In this document: positions 47,965 through 58,140 of the stretch, piece by piece
Position numbering within the stretch: the stretch's first letter is position 1
How the letters are laid out: every line of letters starts with the position of its first letter
Translations under genes and position numbers: made by a program
The notes under the pieces: model-generated
Database searches by the model: none
What the model saw: the letters and a program-made list of their open reading frames with translations, nothing else
What the model was told of the DNA's origin: nothing
Sequence record: NC_041919.1
Direction: 5' to 3' (one strand)
DNA length: 64,000 bases
From: Escherichia phage HP3

Positions 47965-48302
47965 TGTTTATCTTTAATTGGTTTAAAAGTTTCTTTACGG
48001 ATTTTTTCTCTACAACTCCCGGAGAAGGTGTAGTTCCTATTTCAAATGACTACCTTCCTTTAACTGTAGTTGAATATGTTTATATGGGAGATGGAACAGT
48101 AGAAGCGGTTACTATGACTTATGAAGAAGCCCAGGAATATTATAAAAATCCTTGGCGTTGGTCAACACCTACATCATCTAATACGCAGAATACACAGTCT
48201 AGTTCTGATTCATATGATACTAATGTTCCTGTTCATGTGTGGACGGGCGATTCATGTGGAAGTTCTTGTGATTCTAGTTGTTCATCTACATCTTGTGATT
48301 GA
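47964..48302 (+). CDS. membrane-anchored protein with Ser/Cys-rich tail (112 aa)
   Basis: ATG 47964 overlapping upstream stop; tail [17 protein letters not shown]. Confidence 0.5.
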   Translation: MFIFNWFKSFFTDFFSTTPGEGVVPISNDYLPLTVVEYVYMGDGTVEAVTMTYEEAQEYYKNPWRWSTPTSSNTQNTQSSSDSYDTNVPVHVWTGDSCGSSCDSSCSSTSCD

Positions 48303-48310
48303 GGAAAATT

Positions 48311-48796
48311 ATGGAAGCGATTTTGTTTGAAATGTATATTAGCAGTAATAGTTTGTCATTTGCTAAAGATGTTCCAATTACTGTAGCAGTAATGATTGAT
48401 AAGGGTTATTGTGACCCAATGTATCTCGTAGAAAATTTCGTTTCAATGCCAGTTCCAGAAGATGCTGAAATAAAACTTAAAAAGATTGGTATTATTGAAA
48501 CTGTACCAAATATTCCATTTAGAGCAATTGAAGCATTTACTAAATCCGAATACATTAATGTTAGCGCAGAACAATATAATGATAAGCCTTTATCTTTTTA
48601 TTCGTACGATTCACTATATAGTTGGAAAATAGATAAAGGAAATAAATTTATAATTGCAAGTGAAGATGCGTTATCATACTTTATTTCTTCTGTATGGAAT
48701 AGTTTACATCCAAATTTGCTAAAAATTCATGAATTTGATGATGCTCCTACTGTTGTTTTAGGTAAAACAAATGAAAGTTCTGAAGAAAATGTTTGA
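48311..48796 (+). CDS. hypothetical protein (161 aa)
   Basis: ATG 48311 after TGAGGAAAAT. Confidence 0.55.
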   Translation: MEAILFEMYISSNSLSFAKDVPITVAVMIDKGYCDPMYLVENFVSMPVPEDAEIKLKKIGIIETVPNIPFRAIEAFTKSEYINVSAEQYNDKPLSFYSYDSLYSWKIDKGNKFIIASEDALSYFISSVWNSLHPNLLKIHEFDDAPTVVLGKTNESSEENV

Positions 48797-48974
48797 ATGG
48801 TTCAATAGACCAAACTCAATGTATATTGATGATGGCTGGGTTGAACAAGCAAATAAAGAAATGCAGAACGAATCGGAAGAATGGATGAAATCAATGATTA
48901 GTGCTGAGAAAGAAAAGAAATTAGAACGCTCAGCGCTTAAATTGATGAGAGACATCTATGGTGATAAATCATGA
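48771..48974 (+). CDS. hypothetical protein (67 aa)
   Basis: Track ORF. Confidence 0.4.
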   Translation: MKVLKKMFEWFNRPNSMYIDDGWVEQANKEMQNESEEWMKSMISAEKEKKLERSALKLMRDIYGDKS

Positions 48975-49135
48975 ACAAAGATATGACGTTAGAAGAGGCC
49001 AAGGCTAAAGCAAATGAAGCACTGGATTTGCTTCTTAAAATTGGCAGTAAAATGATGGAAGAAAATGAGAAATATATCCAGGAAAACAAAATTCCTGACG
49101 GCCCATTAGTAGGCAAAAGGAAATCACATGATTGA
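48971..49135 (+). CDS. hypothetical small protein (54 aa)
   Basis: ATG 48971 to TGA 49133-49135 read from sequence; below track cut-off. Confidence 0.35.
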   Translation: MNKDMTLEEAKAKANEALDLLLKIGSKMMEENEKYIQENKIPDGPLVGKRKSHD

Positions 49136-49610
49136 AGTAGCAAAACATTATTCAATAGAATTTATGTCTAAAGAAGGTAAATCAGTAAATGCACTTGATA
49201 AAAAATGCTCATTAATTATTCCTTTAGCAGAAAATCCGGATCTTTTAATTAAAGATATAAAAGAAAGAAAATATCCAGAAAATGTTATTCTAATTATAAA
49301 GCATACTGAAGATATTTTACAGAATACTGATTCACCGTTTTCTTCTTCTGAAGCTTTAACTATTAAAGGCTATAAAAGAGCTCATGAATATGGTCTTTTT
49401 GCCCTGTTTGAAGACGATAAAGTTAAATTAGCACTTAATTTAGCAGGTCAACCTTCTAAAAGTAAAACATTCATTATTGAAGATATTAAAGATATAAATG
49501 CATTTGTTAAGATGGTCTGGGCTCATTTTGATGTTGGACTACGCTGGAGAATGTCCGAAGAAGAAAGAAAGATTATTGAAGCTAATCGTCATTTTGGTTT
49601 TTATCGCTAG
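49128..49610 (+). CDS. hypothetical protein (160 aa)
   Basis: Track ORF. Confidence 0.55.
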   Translation: MIEVAKHYSIEFMSKEGKSVNALDKKCSLIIPLAENPDLLIKDIKERKYPENVILIIKHTEDILQNTDSPFSSSEALTIKGYKRAHEYGLFALFEDDKVKLALNLAGQPSKSKTFIIEDIKDINAFVKMVWAHFDVGLRWRMSEEERKIIEANRHFGFYR

Positions 49611-49618
49611 GAATTAAT

Positions 49619-49801
49619 ATGGATTTATTTGAGATGTTAGAAGATAATCATTCTACGAATAACCAGAATGATTCTAGTGATTATAAGAAAGAGTACCGTA
49701 TAGTATTACAGAATTATGGAATTGAAGCCCCAGATGCTCTTCTAGAAGAACTAGCTTCATACCATCTTGACCCTCCGCCCTGGGCTCCCTGGGCAAAATA
49801 A
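49619..49801 (+). CDS. hypothetical protein (60 aa)
   Basis: Track ORF. Confidence 0.45.
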   Translation: MDLFEMLEDNHSTNNQNDSSDYKKEYRIVLQNYGIEAPDALLEELASYHLDPPPWAPWAK

Positions 49802-49812
49802 TTCAAAAAGTT

Positions 49813-49842
49813 GTTTACTTTCCTTTCTAACGATGATATGAT
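49813..49842 (+). promoter_or_regulatory. T4-type early promoter
   Basis: GTTTAC 49813-49818, TATGAT 49837-49842. Confidence 0.55.
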
Positions 49843-49869
49843 AGCTTCTGAAGTATACGGGAGGCTATC

Positions 49870-50493
49870 ATGATTATTAATCTCGCAGATGTTGAACAGT
49901 TATCTATAAAAGCTGAAAGCGTTGATTTTCAATATGATATGTATAAAAAGGTCTGTGAAAAATTTACTGACTTTGAACAGTCAATTCTTTGGCAATGTAT
50001 GGAAGCCAAAAAGAATGAAGCTCTTCATAGGCAGTTGAATAAAATCGTTAAAAAGCATTTAACTAAATCGCCTTATCAGCTATATCGTGGTATATCAAAA
50101 TCGACAAAAGAACTCATTAAAGATTTACAAGTCGGAGAAGTGTTTTCAACGAACAGAGTAGATTCATTTACTACTAGTTTGCACACAGCATGTGGTTTTT
50201 CTTATGTTGAGTATTTCACTGAAATAATATTTCGCTTAAAAACTGATAAAGCTTTTAATTATTCTGACCATATCAGCGATATTATACTTTCTTCTCCTAA
50301 TACTGAATTTAAGTATACATATGAAGATACTGATGGATTAGATTCAGAGCGTACTGATAACTTAATGATGATTGTGCGTGAACAAGAATGGATGATTCCA
50401 ATTGGAAAGTATAGAATAACTTCTATTTCAAAAGAAAAATTACACGATTCATTTGGAACATTTAAAGTTTATGATATTGAGGTAGTTGAATGA
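49870..50493 (+). CDS. modB: ADP-ribosyltransferase, ModB-like (207 aa)
   Basis: R-S-EXE signature: YRG, TTS, EQEW; 207 aa. Confidence 0.65.
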   Translation: MIINLADVEQLSIKAESVDFQYDMYKKVCEKFTDFEQSILWQCMEAKKNEALHRQLNKIVKKHLTKSPYQLYRGISKSTKELIKDLQVGEVFSTNRVDSFTTSLHTACGFSYVEYFTEIIFRLKTDKAFNYSDHISDIILSSPNTEFKYTYEDTDGLDSERTDNLMMIVREQEWMIPIGKYRITSISKEKLHDSFGTFKVYDIEVVE

Positions 50494-51092
50494 AATATTC
50501 AGCAATGCAATTAAAAGATTTTAAAATCAAATCAATGGATGCATCTGTGCGTGCTTCTATTCGTGAAGAATTACTTTCTGAAGGATTTAATTTATCTGAA
50601 ATTGAACTTTTAATTCATTGTATTACTAATAAACCAGACGATCATTCTTGGTTAAATGAAATAGTCAAATCTCGTTTGGAACCAAACGATAAACCTCTTT
50701 GGAGAGGTGTTCCAGCTGAGACTAAGCAGGTGTTAAATCAAGGAATTGATATTATTACATTTGATAAAGTCGTATCAGCTTCATATGATAAAAATATAGC
50801 TCTACATTTTGCTTCTGGATTAGAATACAACACACAAGTTATTTTTGAATTCAAAGCTCCTATGGTGTTTAATTTCCAGGAGTATGCTATAAAAGCTTTA
50901 CGTTGTAAAGAATATAGTCCGAGTTTTAAGTTTCCGGATAGCCATCGCTATCGTAATATGGAATTAGTTTCAGATGAACAAGAAGTAATGATACCAGCTG
51001 GAAGTGTATTTAGAATTGCGGATAGATACGAGTATAAAAAGTATTCAACATACACTATCTATACTCTTGATTTTGAAGGATTTAATCTATAA
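50490..51092 (+). CDS. modA: ADP-ribosyltransferase, ModA-like (200 aa)
   Basis: R-S-EXE signature: WRG, SAS, EQEV; 200 aa; tandem with previous. Confidence 0.65.
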   Translation: MKYSAMQLKDFKIKSMDASVRASIREELLSEGFNLSEIELLIHCITNKPDDHSWLNEIVKSRLEPNDKPLWRGVPAETKQVLNQGIDIITFDKVVSASYDKNIALHFASGLEYNTQVIFEFKAPMVFNFQEYAIKALRCKEYSPSFKFPDSHRYRNMELVSDEQEVMIPAGSVFRIADRYEYKKYSTYTIYTLDFEGFNL

Positions 51093-51148
51093 TGGAAGGA
51101 CTTAGATTCATTATACCATGAAAGTTTTAAAGCATTTTTCATAAAGTT

Positions 51149-51178
51149 GTTTACAAGCTGAAGTAAAAATGTTATAGT
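51149..51178 (+). promoter_or_regulatory. T4-type early promoter
   Basis: GTTTAC 51149-51154, TATAGT 51173-51178. Confidence 0.55.
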
Positions 51179-51208
51179 ATAAGTAGTTAACCCGTCCGTG
51201 AGAAAAAT

Positions 51209-51955
51209 ATGAAACTGTCTAAAAATCAAATTCGTAAAATTACACGTCGTCTAGAGCATACTCAGGCATCTGCTAAAAGACGTTCTAAAGATTTTAACTT
51301 AGACTTCAATTACATTAAGAACATTTTAGATCAGAAAGTTTGCGCTTACTCAGGAGAACCTTTTGATAATCGTATTGAAGGAGAGAAATTATCATTAGAA
51401 CGTTTTGATAATAACGTTGGATACATTAAAGGGAATGTTATTGCAGTAAAGAAAAAGTACAATACATTTCGTTCTGATTATACTTTAGAAGAGTTGATTG
51501 AAAAGCGTGATTTATTTGCTTTGCGAATTGGTCGTTCATCTGCGAAAAAAGTTCATAAACTAAATTTAGATGAAAAGAAATGGGCTAAAATCAAAAAGAC
51601 TTATAATCAAATTAAAGCTATACAGAAAAAACGTGAAAACCGAATTGAACACATTTCTCAGCTTTCTAAATCAAAACAGACCTCTGACATTAAGCTAAGG
51701 ATTATAGCACTTAAAGCACGTATTGATGGTTCTCGCATAGCAGAAGGCGCTGAAGTTGTTAAATTGAACGTTCTTCTTAAAGGCTCGGATTGGAAAATTG
51801 TGAAAAAGCTGTCAGAAGCAGAAATGCAATATGATATGTGTGATAAAATTATTCAAGGTGTAGAGCGGTATCAAAATTTGTCTTTTATTGATAAACTTAA
51901 ACTGAAAAGAGGATACCCGCTAAATTGTTCAATTTTTAAACTTATCCGAGGATAA
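51209..51955 (+). CDS. hypothetical protein (248 aa) at the srd position
   Basis: Track ORF; basic N-terminus; identity as Srd not verifiable by eye. Confidence 0.55.
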   Translation: MKLSKNQIRKITRRLEHTQASAKRRSKDFNLDFNYIKNILDQKVCAYSGEPFDNRIEGEKLSLERFDNNVGYIKGNVIAVKKKYNTFRSDYTLEELIEKRDLFALRIGRSSAKKVHKLNLDEKKWAKIKKTYNQIKAIQKKRENRIEHISQLSKSKQTSDIKLRIIALKARIDGSRIAEGAEVVKLNVLLKGSDWKIVKKLSEAEMQYDMCDKIIQGVERYQNLSFIDKLKLKRGYPLNCSIFKLIRG

Positions 51956-51956
51956 T

Positions 51957-52268
51957 ATGGTTTATGTATATGCGATAGTTTACCGAGACAAAGACGGATT
52001 TACGGCGCCAGTTCCACTTGATGAACATCGTCCTGCTGTATTTTTTGAAAGGGAGATTGCTGATAAAGTATTTACTACTCTTAAAGAGCAGTATCGACTA
52101 GCTTTAGGTAAAGGAATTCCAAGATTAGTTGAGACTCCACGTAAATTTTGGTTTAATAAAATAGAAGTTAAACATGTTAAGCCTGATGTAGATACACAAA
52201 GATTATATCAACGAATTCTAGATACTGGGCGTATTGTTAGTATTCCAATTGCAGGGACTTTCCGATGA
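51957..52268 (+). CDS. hypothetical protein (103 aa), dda.1 position
   Basis: Track ORF overlapping dda start. Confidence 0.5.
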   Translation: MVYVYAIVYRDKDGFTAPVPLDEHRPAVFFEREIADKVFTTLKEQYRLALGKGIPRLVETPRKFWFNKIEVKHVKPDVDTQRLYQRILDTGRIVSIPIAGTFR

Positions 52269-53584
52269 CATTTGATGATTTGACAGAAGGCCAGAAAAAT
52301 GCCTTTAACATCGTTATGAGGGCTATTAAAGAAAAGAAACATCATGTAACTATTAATGGACCTGCTGGTACCGGTAAGACTACTCTTACTAAGTTCATCA
52401 TTGAAGCTTTAATATCTACGGGTGAAACTGGTATTATTTTAGCAGCTCCTACTCATGCAGCTAAAAAGATTCTTTCAAAACTATCAGGGAAAGAAGCAAG
52501 TACTATTCATAGCATTCTTAAAATTAACCCAGTAACATATGAAGAAAACGTTCTTTTTGAACAAAAAGAAGTACCGGATTTAGCTAAATGCAGAGTATTA
52601 ATCTGCGACGAAGTGTCAATGTATGATAGAAAGCTATTTAAAATTCTGCTTTCAACTATCCCGCCGTGGTGTACTATAATTGGAATAGGTGATAATAAGC
52701 AGATTAGACCTGTTGACCCAGGAGAAAACACTGCTTATATCAGTCCATTCTTTACACACAAAGATTTTTATCAGTGTGAACTTACTGAAGTTAAACGCAG
52801 TAATGCTCCTATTATTGATGTAGCTACTGACGTTCGTAACGGTAAGTGGATTTATGATAAAATTGTTGACGGGCATGGAGTACGTGGATTTACAGGTGAT
52901 ACCGCTTTACGCGATTTTATGGTAAATTATTTTTCAATCGTAAAATCACTAGATGATTTGTTTGAAAATCGCGTAATGGCATTTACGAATAAATCTGTTG
53001 ACAAGTTAAATAGCATTATTCGTAAAAAGATTTTTGAAACTGATAAAGATTTTATTGTCGGTGAAATTATTGTAATGCAGGAACCATTAATTAAAACATA
53101 TAAAATTGATGGAAAGCCTGTGCCAGAAATTATTTTTAATAACGGACAATTAGTTCGTATTATAGAAGCAGAGTATACATCGACGTTTGTTAAAGCTCGT
53201 GGTGTTCCTGGAGAATACTTAATTCGTCATTGGGATTTAACAGTAGAAACTTATGGCGATGATGAATATTATCGTGAAAAGATTAAAATAATTTCATCTG
53301 ATGAAGAACTGTATAAGTTTAACCTATTTTTAGGTAAAACGGCAGAAACTTATAAAAATTGGAACAAAGGCGGAAAAGCTCCATGGAGTGATTTTTGGGA
53401 TGCTAAATCACAGTTTAGTAAAGTGAAAGCACTTCCTGCATCAACATTCCATAAAGCACAGGGCATGTCTGTAGACCGTGCTTTCATTTATACGCCTTGT
53501 ATTCATTATGCAGATGCTGAATTGGCTCAACAACTTCTTTATGTTGGTGTTACCCGTGGTCGTTATGATGTGTTTTATGTATGA
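52265..53584 (+). CDS. dda: DNA helicase Dda (439 aa)
   Basis: Walker A GPAGTGKTT, Walker B ICDEVSM; 439 aa. Confidence 0.95.
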   Translation: MTFDDLTEGQKNAFNIVMRAIKEKKHHVTINGPAGTGKTTLTKFIIEALISTGETGIILAAPTHAAKKILSKLSGKEASTIHSILKINPVTYEENVLFEQKEVPDLAKCRVLICDEVSMYDRKLFKILLSTIPPWCTIIGIGDNKQIRPVDPGENTAYISPFFTHKDFYQCELTEVKRSNAPIIDVATDVRNGKWIYDKIVDGHGVRGFTGDTALRDFMVNYFSIVKSLDDLFENRVMAFTNKSVDKLNSIIRKKIFETDKDFIVGEIIVMQEPLIKTYKIDGKPVPEIIFNNGQLVRIIEAEYTSTFVKARGVPGEYLIRHWDLTVETYGDDEYYREKIKIISSDEELYKFNLFLGKTAETYKNWNKGGKAPWSDFWDAKSQFSKVKALPASTFHKAQGMSVDRAFIYTPCIHYADAELAQQLLYVGVTRGRYDVFYV

Positions 53585-53605
53585 TTAAATTTGAGGAAGC
53601 TATTC

Positions 53606-53851
53606 GTGGAAATAACTAAAGATCAGTTTTATCTTCTTCAAGATAAAGTAAGCGAAATTTATGAAATTGCTTATAGCAAAAATCGTGAAACTGTAAAAAT
53701 AGAATCTAGTAAGTTGATGCTTCAATTAGAAGAAATTGAACGAGATTTAATTGCGTTAGAATTCTTTTGTGGTGAAGTGAAAACTGTTACAATCAATGAT
53801 TATATTTTAGGCGAAATTAGCTATCTTTATAAGGCGATTATTAATGATTGA
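53606..53851 (+). CDS. hypothetical protein (81 aa), paralog of next ORF
   Basis: GTG 53606 after GAGGAAG SD; LEEIERDL / INDYILGEI align with next ORF. Confidence 0.5.
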   Translation: MEITKDQFYLLQDKVSEIYEIAYSKNRETVKIESSKLMLQLEEIERDLIALEFFCGEVKTVTINDYILGEISYLYKAIIND

Positions 53852-54086
53852 ATTGAGTTGGTACCAGTTTAAATCTCTTATGACAAATGTTAAAACTGTC
53901 ATTGAAGAAAATCAGGGTCCTGAAAATATTACTATTCGCGAAAAAGCTTTAAAGATAGTATACAGTCTTGAAGAAATACAAAAAGATATTGAATCTATGG
54001 CAAAATTTATTGATGAACCTATTAATAAAGTTTATATTCAAGATTATACTGTAGGTCAAATTCGCGATTTAGCAAGGAAAATTTAA
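53844..54086 (+). CDS. hypothetical protein (80 aa)
   Basis: LEEIQKDI / IQDYTVGQI similar to previous ORF. Confidence 0.5.
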   Translation: MIELSWYQFKSLMTNVKTVIEENQGPENITIREKALKIVYSLEEIQKDIESMAKFIDEPINKVYIQDYTVGQIRDLARKI

Positions 54087-54769
54087 TGTTTGATTTTATT
54101 ATAGATTTTGAAACAATGGGAAGTGGTGAAAAAGCAGCTGTTATTGATTTAGCTGTAATTGCTTTTGACCCTAATCCAGAAGTAGTTGAAACATTTGATG
54201 AATTAGTTTCACGCGGCATTAAAATCAAGTTTGATTTAAAAAGCCAAAAAGGACATCGTCTTTTTACTAAAAGCACTATCGAATGGTGGAAGAATCAATC
54301 TCCTGAAGCTCGAAAAAATATTGCACCATCAGATGAAGATGTAAGCACTATCGATGGTATTGCAAAATTTAATGATTACATCAATGCACATAATATCGAT
54401 CCTTGGAAATCTCAAGGCTGGTGCCGTGGAATGTCGTTTGATTTTCCAATTTTAGTCGATCTTATTCGTGATATTCAACGTTTTAATGGTGTTTCTGAGA
54501 ATGAGCTTGACACATTTAAGTTAGAACCATGTAAATTCTGGAATCAGCGTGATATTCGTACCAGAATTGAAGCACTTCTGCTTGTTCGTGATATGACCAC
54601 GTGTCCTCTTCCAAAAGGAACTTTAGATGGATTCGTTGCGCATGATTCTATTCATGACTGTGCGAAAGACATCCTGATGATGAAGTACGCTTTGCGATAT
54701 GCTATGGGTCTTGAAGATGCTCCATCAGAGGAAGATTGCGATCCTCTATCTCTTCCAACAAAACGATAA
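54086..54769 (+). CDS. dexA: exonuclease A DexA (227 aa)
   Basis: 227 aa; DEDD-like acidic motifs; downstream of dda. Confidence 0.85.
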   Translation: MFDFIIDFETMGSGEKAAVIDLAVIAFDPNPEVVETFDELVSRGIKIKFDLKSQKGHRLFTKSTIEWWKNQSPEARKNIAPSDEDVSTIDGIAKFNDYINAHNIDPWKSQGWCRGMSFDFPILVDLIRDIQRFNGVSENELDTFKLEPCKFWNQRDIRTRIEALLLVRDMTTCPLPKGTLDGFVAHDSIHDCAKDILMMKYALRYAMGLEDAPSEEDCDPLSLPTKR

Positions 54770-54775
54770 AAAGTT

Positions 54776-54805
54776 GTTTACTTCCTCGGTTAGTTGTGGT
54801 ATTAT
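54776..54805 (+). promoter_or_regulatory. T4-type early promoter
   Basis: GTTTAC 54776-54781, TATTAT 54800-54805. Confidence 0.55.
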
Positions 54806-54832
54806 AACACCATAGCTACTGAGGATAATAAA

Positions 54833-55333
54833 ATGAAAATTTATCGTGTTGAATCATCGTTTAGTATTCTTGATTATGAAGATGCTATAACAATACGTCG
54901 AAATCTTTGTGTTCAAATAACGCCGTACAGGAGTATAATAGATTCATGGAGCGAAGAGTGGCTATTACACGTAGGTTATGACAGACCTAATTTTATGCAT
55001 CATAGCGATAATAATAAAAGAATTCCTTTACCACACGAAGATAAACTATTAGTTAAAAACGCTAATATAGTAATTAATACTAAGTTCAAGAAAGATTATG
55101 TTGGAGTAGAATATCATATTCCAGGATGGTTTATAGGTCTTTATCATTTTGCTTTCGCTAGTGAATATGATATGATGAGATGGTTCACACGAGAAGAGCG
55201 TGAAGAATTAGCTTCGAAAGGATTTTATCTTGCTGTATACGAAGTACCAGATGACCAAGTTATCATTGGCGGGCATCAAGTAATGTTCCGTAAATCCCAT
55301 GCTGAACTTGTAGATTTTATTGAAATGAGATAA
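54833..55333 (+). CDS. hypothetical protein (166 aa)
   Basis: ATG 54833 after GAGGA SD; track ORF trimmed. Confidence 0.55.
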   Translation: MKIYRVESSFSILDYEDAITIRRNLCVQITPYRSIIDSWSEEWLLHVGYDRPNFMHHSDNNKRIPLPHEDKLLVKNANIVINTKFKKDYVGVEYHIPGWFIGLYHFAFASEYDMMRWFTREEREELASKGFYLAVYEVPDDQVIIGGHQVMFRKSHAELVDFIEMR

Positions 55334-55335
55334 TT

Positions 55336-55881
55336 ATGAAATTTAATTATAATCCTGAATACACACCGAATCCGGCAGCTAAACTGATTGATTTTGACGT
55401 TGTAAGTACTTATGTATGCCCTGTTAAACCACTGGAAATTAAGGAACCTACTATGACTACCGCTATTGAAATCGGCAAAACCTACAAACTGGTTGAACCT
55501 AAAATTAAAACTAATGCCTTGATTTCTGGTCATAAAACTCTGACTGATGTTTTTGGCGAAGGCGAATTTATTGTTGAAGAATTTGCCAAAAGTGAGTGGT
55601 TTGACAAATCTTACGTCATCCACGGTCGCCGGTTAGATAATAACAAAATAAAGAAAAACCTGGTTTATGAAGATGAGTTCATCCTGTTCCAAGAAGTTGA
55701 AGAACAAGACCCTACAGACCTGTTGTGTGCTGCTGTGTCTATCCGTCGTCCTTTTGATAATCCTATCTGTGGTTGGGTAACAGACCAGTGGATTGAAGAT
55801 GGTGTTGAGCTTCTGAACGTTGTCCATGCAGGAGATTTTAGTGTAGTACCTCGTAGTGCGGTGGTAGCTATTTTGAATTAA
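55336..55881 (+). CDS. hypothetical protein, paralog C1 (181 aa)
   Basis: VTDQWIEDGVELLNVVH aligns with next ORF. Confidence 0.6.
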   Translation: MKFNYNPEYTPNPAAKLIDFDVVSTYVCPVKPLEIKEPTMTTAIEIGKTYKLVEPKIKTNALISGHKTLTDVFGEGEFIVEEFAKSEWFDKSYVIHGRRLDNNKIKKNLVYEDEFILFQEVEEQDPTDLLCAAVSIRRPFDNPICGWVTDQWIEDGVELLNVVHAGDFSVVPRSAVVAILN

Positions 55882-55883
55882 TA

Positions 55884-55918
55884 GTTTACAAACTCTTGGG
55901 ACCAGAGTATAATGGTCC
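55884..55918 (+). promoter_or_regulatory. early promoter with -10 inside inverted repeat
   Basis: GTTTAC 55884-55889, TATAAT 55908-55913; GGACCA 55899-55904 / TGGTCC 55913-55918. Confidence 0.55.
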
Positions 55919-55957
55919 TGTGGAGTATAAAATCTTTTTAACAAGTGAGAGATAACT

Positions 55958-56449
55958 ATGATTATTAATATTGGTGAAATTGCTCGTGTATCTGATAAAT
56001 CCCGTTCTAAAGCAGCAGGAAAATTGGTCGAAATTGTAAGCATTCAGCTTAAACACGGCGTTAAAGATGAAGATTCTGAAGTAAAAGTGCGTATCATTCC
56101 TAAAGATGGAAAGTCTAAACCTCAGTTTGGTTATGTTCGCGCGAAATTTCTTGAATCTGCGTTTTTGAAAGCTGTTCCCGCTAAAGGAATTGAAACGATT
56201 GATACTTCGCATGTAGGTGTAGACTTTAAGTGGAAACTCGGTCAAGCTATTAAGTTCATTGCTCCTTATGAGTTTGAATTTATCGAAGGTGGACAACCAC
56301 TTCCTCGGCGTACTCGCGCTATGTGCGCATACATTACTGATCAATGGGTAGAAGATGGCGTTAAGTTATACAACGCGGTATTTTTAGGAACATACAAAGT
56401 CATTCCTGAAAGTTGGATTAAACACTACAGCAAAGCTCGCTATGCATAA
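55958..56449 (+). CDS. hypothetical protein, paralog C2 (163 aa)
   Basis: ITDQWVEDGVKLYNAVF. Confidence 0.6.
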   Translation: MIINIGEIARVSDKSRSKAAGKLVEIVSIQLKHGVKDEDSEVKVRIIPKDGKSKPQFGYVRAKFLESAFLKAVPAKGIETIDTSHVGVDFKWKLGQAIKFIAPYEFEFIEGGQPLPRRTRAMCAYITDQWVEDGVKLYNAVFLGTYKVIPESWIKHYSKARYA

Positions 56450-56471
56450 AGTTTAAAATTTTTTCATAAAA

Positions 56472-56510
56472 CTATATACATCAGTAGTTGATTATGGTAC
56501 TATATCAATA
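56472..56510 (+). promoter_or_regulatory. promoter-stem-loop element (11-bp inverted repeat around a -10)
   Basis: CAGTAGTTGAT 56472-56482 / ATCAACTACTG 56500-56510 flanking TACTAT 56488-56493; -35 degenerate. Confidence 0.45.
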
Positions 56511-56620
56511 TCAACTACTGATACAGAAAACAACTTGGAGAATAAAATGGATAATTCGTTAAAGGTGCGCTGATACTCTTCTGAAACGCATCGCTCCAAT
56601 GTTCAATTAATGAGGAAATT

Positions 56621-56839
56621 ATGATGAAACGTAAAATTATTCAGAATTGCACTAATGATGAATTTGAAGATGTGTTATTCGATCCAGATTTGGTAGTAGT
56701 TCAAAAGGAACACACTGCTAAGTTTACTCACTTGACTTCGGTTTATGTGTATGAAAAGGTTGGGGATAAACAACCAATTTACGGTGTATTTCGTGAAATC
56801 ACTGAAGATGGTACAACTTACTGGAAGGAAATTTATTAA
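56621..56839 (+). CDS. hypothetical protein (72 aa)
   Basis: Track ORF after TGAGGAAATT. Confidence 0.5.
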   Translation: MMKRKIIQNCTNDEFEDVLFDPDLVVVQKEHTAKFTHLTSVYVYEKVGDKQPIYGVFREITEDGTTYWKEIY

Positions 56840-57252
56840 TGGCTATTAAATTTGAAGTTAATAAATGGTATCAATTTAAAAATAAACAAGCTCAAGAAAA
56901 TTTTATTAAAGACCATACTGATAACGGAATCTATGCACGCCGTTTAGGTATGCATCCTTTTAAAATTTTAGATGTGGATGCTCTTGGGCGTCCTATTAAA
57001 ATTATGTCATTTGCTGGAAATTTAGTACTATCTTCTGGTAAAGATATTTTGGATGAAGATTTTATTTGGCTTTCATCGAATGAAGCTGAATTCTTTAATG
57101 AAGTTGAAAATCCATACCAGGCAGCTGAAGAGCAGGAAGAATCTGCACCGATAATTGATCAATCTAAATTCCCTGTAATGAAAGTTACTATTGAAAATGA
57201 TGAACAGGCATGGTCCTTGTATCAGATGTTGAAAGCTCACTTTAAGGAATAA
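56839..57252 (+). CDS. hypothetical protein (137 aa)
   Basis: Track ORF. Confidence 0.55.
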   Translation: MAIKFEVNKWYQFKNKQAQENFIKDHTDNGIYARRLGMHPFKILDVDALGRPIKIMSFAGNLVLSSGKDILDEDFIWLSSNEAEFFNEVENPYQAAEEQEESAPIIDQSKFPVMKVTIENDEQAWSLYQMLKAHFKE

Positions 57253-57254
57253 TT

Positions 57255-57431
57255 ATGCCGCTTTATGATTATAAATGTCAATCAAAAGACTGCGCAAAAG
57301 AATACGAAAAAATCAAGAAAATTTCTGAAAGAGATACTGATGTATGTCCTGATTGTCATCGGATTGCTGTTCGGTTAGTTTCCGCTCCTAGACATGTGAA
57401 TGGTGGTTTTTACGACTTGCTTAAAGGGTGA
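57255..57431 (+). CDS. FmdB-like zinc-ribbon protein (58 aa)
   Basis: YDYKCQSKDC...CPDC pattern; read from sequence, below track cut-off. Confidence 0.45.
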   Translation: MPLYDYKCQSKDCAKEYEKIKKISERDTDVCPDCHRIAVRLVSAPRHVNGGFYDLLKG

Positions 57432-57433
57432 TT

Positions 57434-57805
57434 ATGTTTAAAATCGGTAAGAAATATCGCATTCGCGAAGGTGAAGAAAAGAAATATCTATTTTCTGCTA
57501 TTTATAGGAATGGTTCTATTAGTAATGTAATATCTACAAGCGAATTTATCGTTGAAGATATGAAAGGTAATAACGTTACAATGATTAGTACAGCATCTGG
57601 AAATGACGGAAAAATTCTTCACAGTTTTCAGAGTAATGTTCTAATATATGATGAAGAATTTAATCTATTCGAAGAAGTTCCCGAAGATTTTGATTTTGAA
57701 TGCACTATCACTATGAAATCTGGTGACCCTCTTTCTTTTACAGTTAAAGATGAAAGAAGCCGCTTGAGAGTTATTAGTCTTCTTCAAGCCATTAAATTTA
57801 AGTGA
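57434..57805 (+). CDS. hypothetical protein (123 aa)
   Basis: ATG 57434 within track ORF 57428-57805. Confidence 0.5.
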   Translation: MFKIGKKYRIREGEEKKYLFSAIYRNGSISNVISTSEFIVEDMKGNNVTMISTASGNDGKILHSFQSNVLIYDEEFNLFEEVPEDFDFECTITMKSGDPLSFTVKDERSRLRVISLLQAIKFK

Positions 57806-57810
57806 AAATT

Positions 57811-58071
57811 ATGAAATATATTAATCGTTCTATCGCAGCATTAGTATTAGCAGTGTCTTTAATAGGATGTACTGATGCTGATAATGCAACCAAAGTTTTG
57901 TCTTCAAGTGGTTTTACTAATATTGAAATCACTGGATATAATTGGTTCGGTTGCTCTGAAAATGATTTCCAGCATACTGGATTTCGTGCTATTGGACCTA
58001 CTGGGCAGAAAGTAGAAGGAACAGTATGTTCTGGACTATTCTTCAAGGATTCGACTATTCGTTTTAAATAA
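57811..58071 (+). CDS. lipoprotein (86 aa)
   Basis: Lipobox LIGC after hydrophobic leader. Confidence 0.55.
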   Translation: MKYINRSIAALVLAVSLIGCTDADNATKVLSSSGFTNIEITGYNWFGCSENDFQHTGFRAIGPTGQKVEGTVCSGLFFKDSTIRFK

Positions 58072-58088
58072 AAGGCCTTCGGGCCTTT
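58071..58088 (+). terminator. terminator hairpin
   Basis: AAAGGCC-TTCG-GGCCTTT. Confidence 0.6.
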
Positions 58089-58113
58089 AGCTTTATGATT
58101 ACCGGAGTATAAT
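58089..58113 (+). promoter_or_regulatory. MotA-box-like middle promoter for gene 39
   Basis: AGCTTTA 58089-58095, 12 nt, TATAAT 58108-58113. Confidence 0.45.
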
Positions 58114-58140
58114 ATTCCCGAAACCAAACGAGGATAAGTG

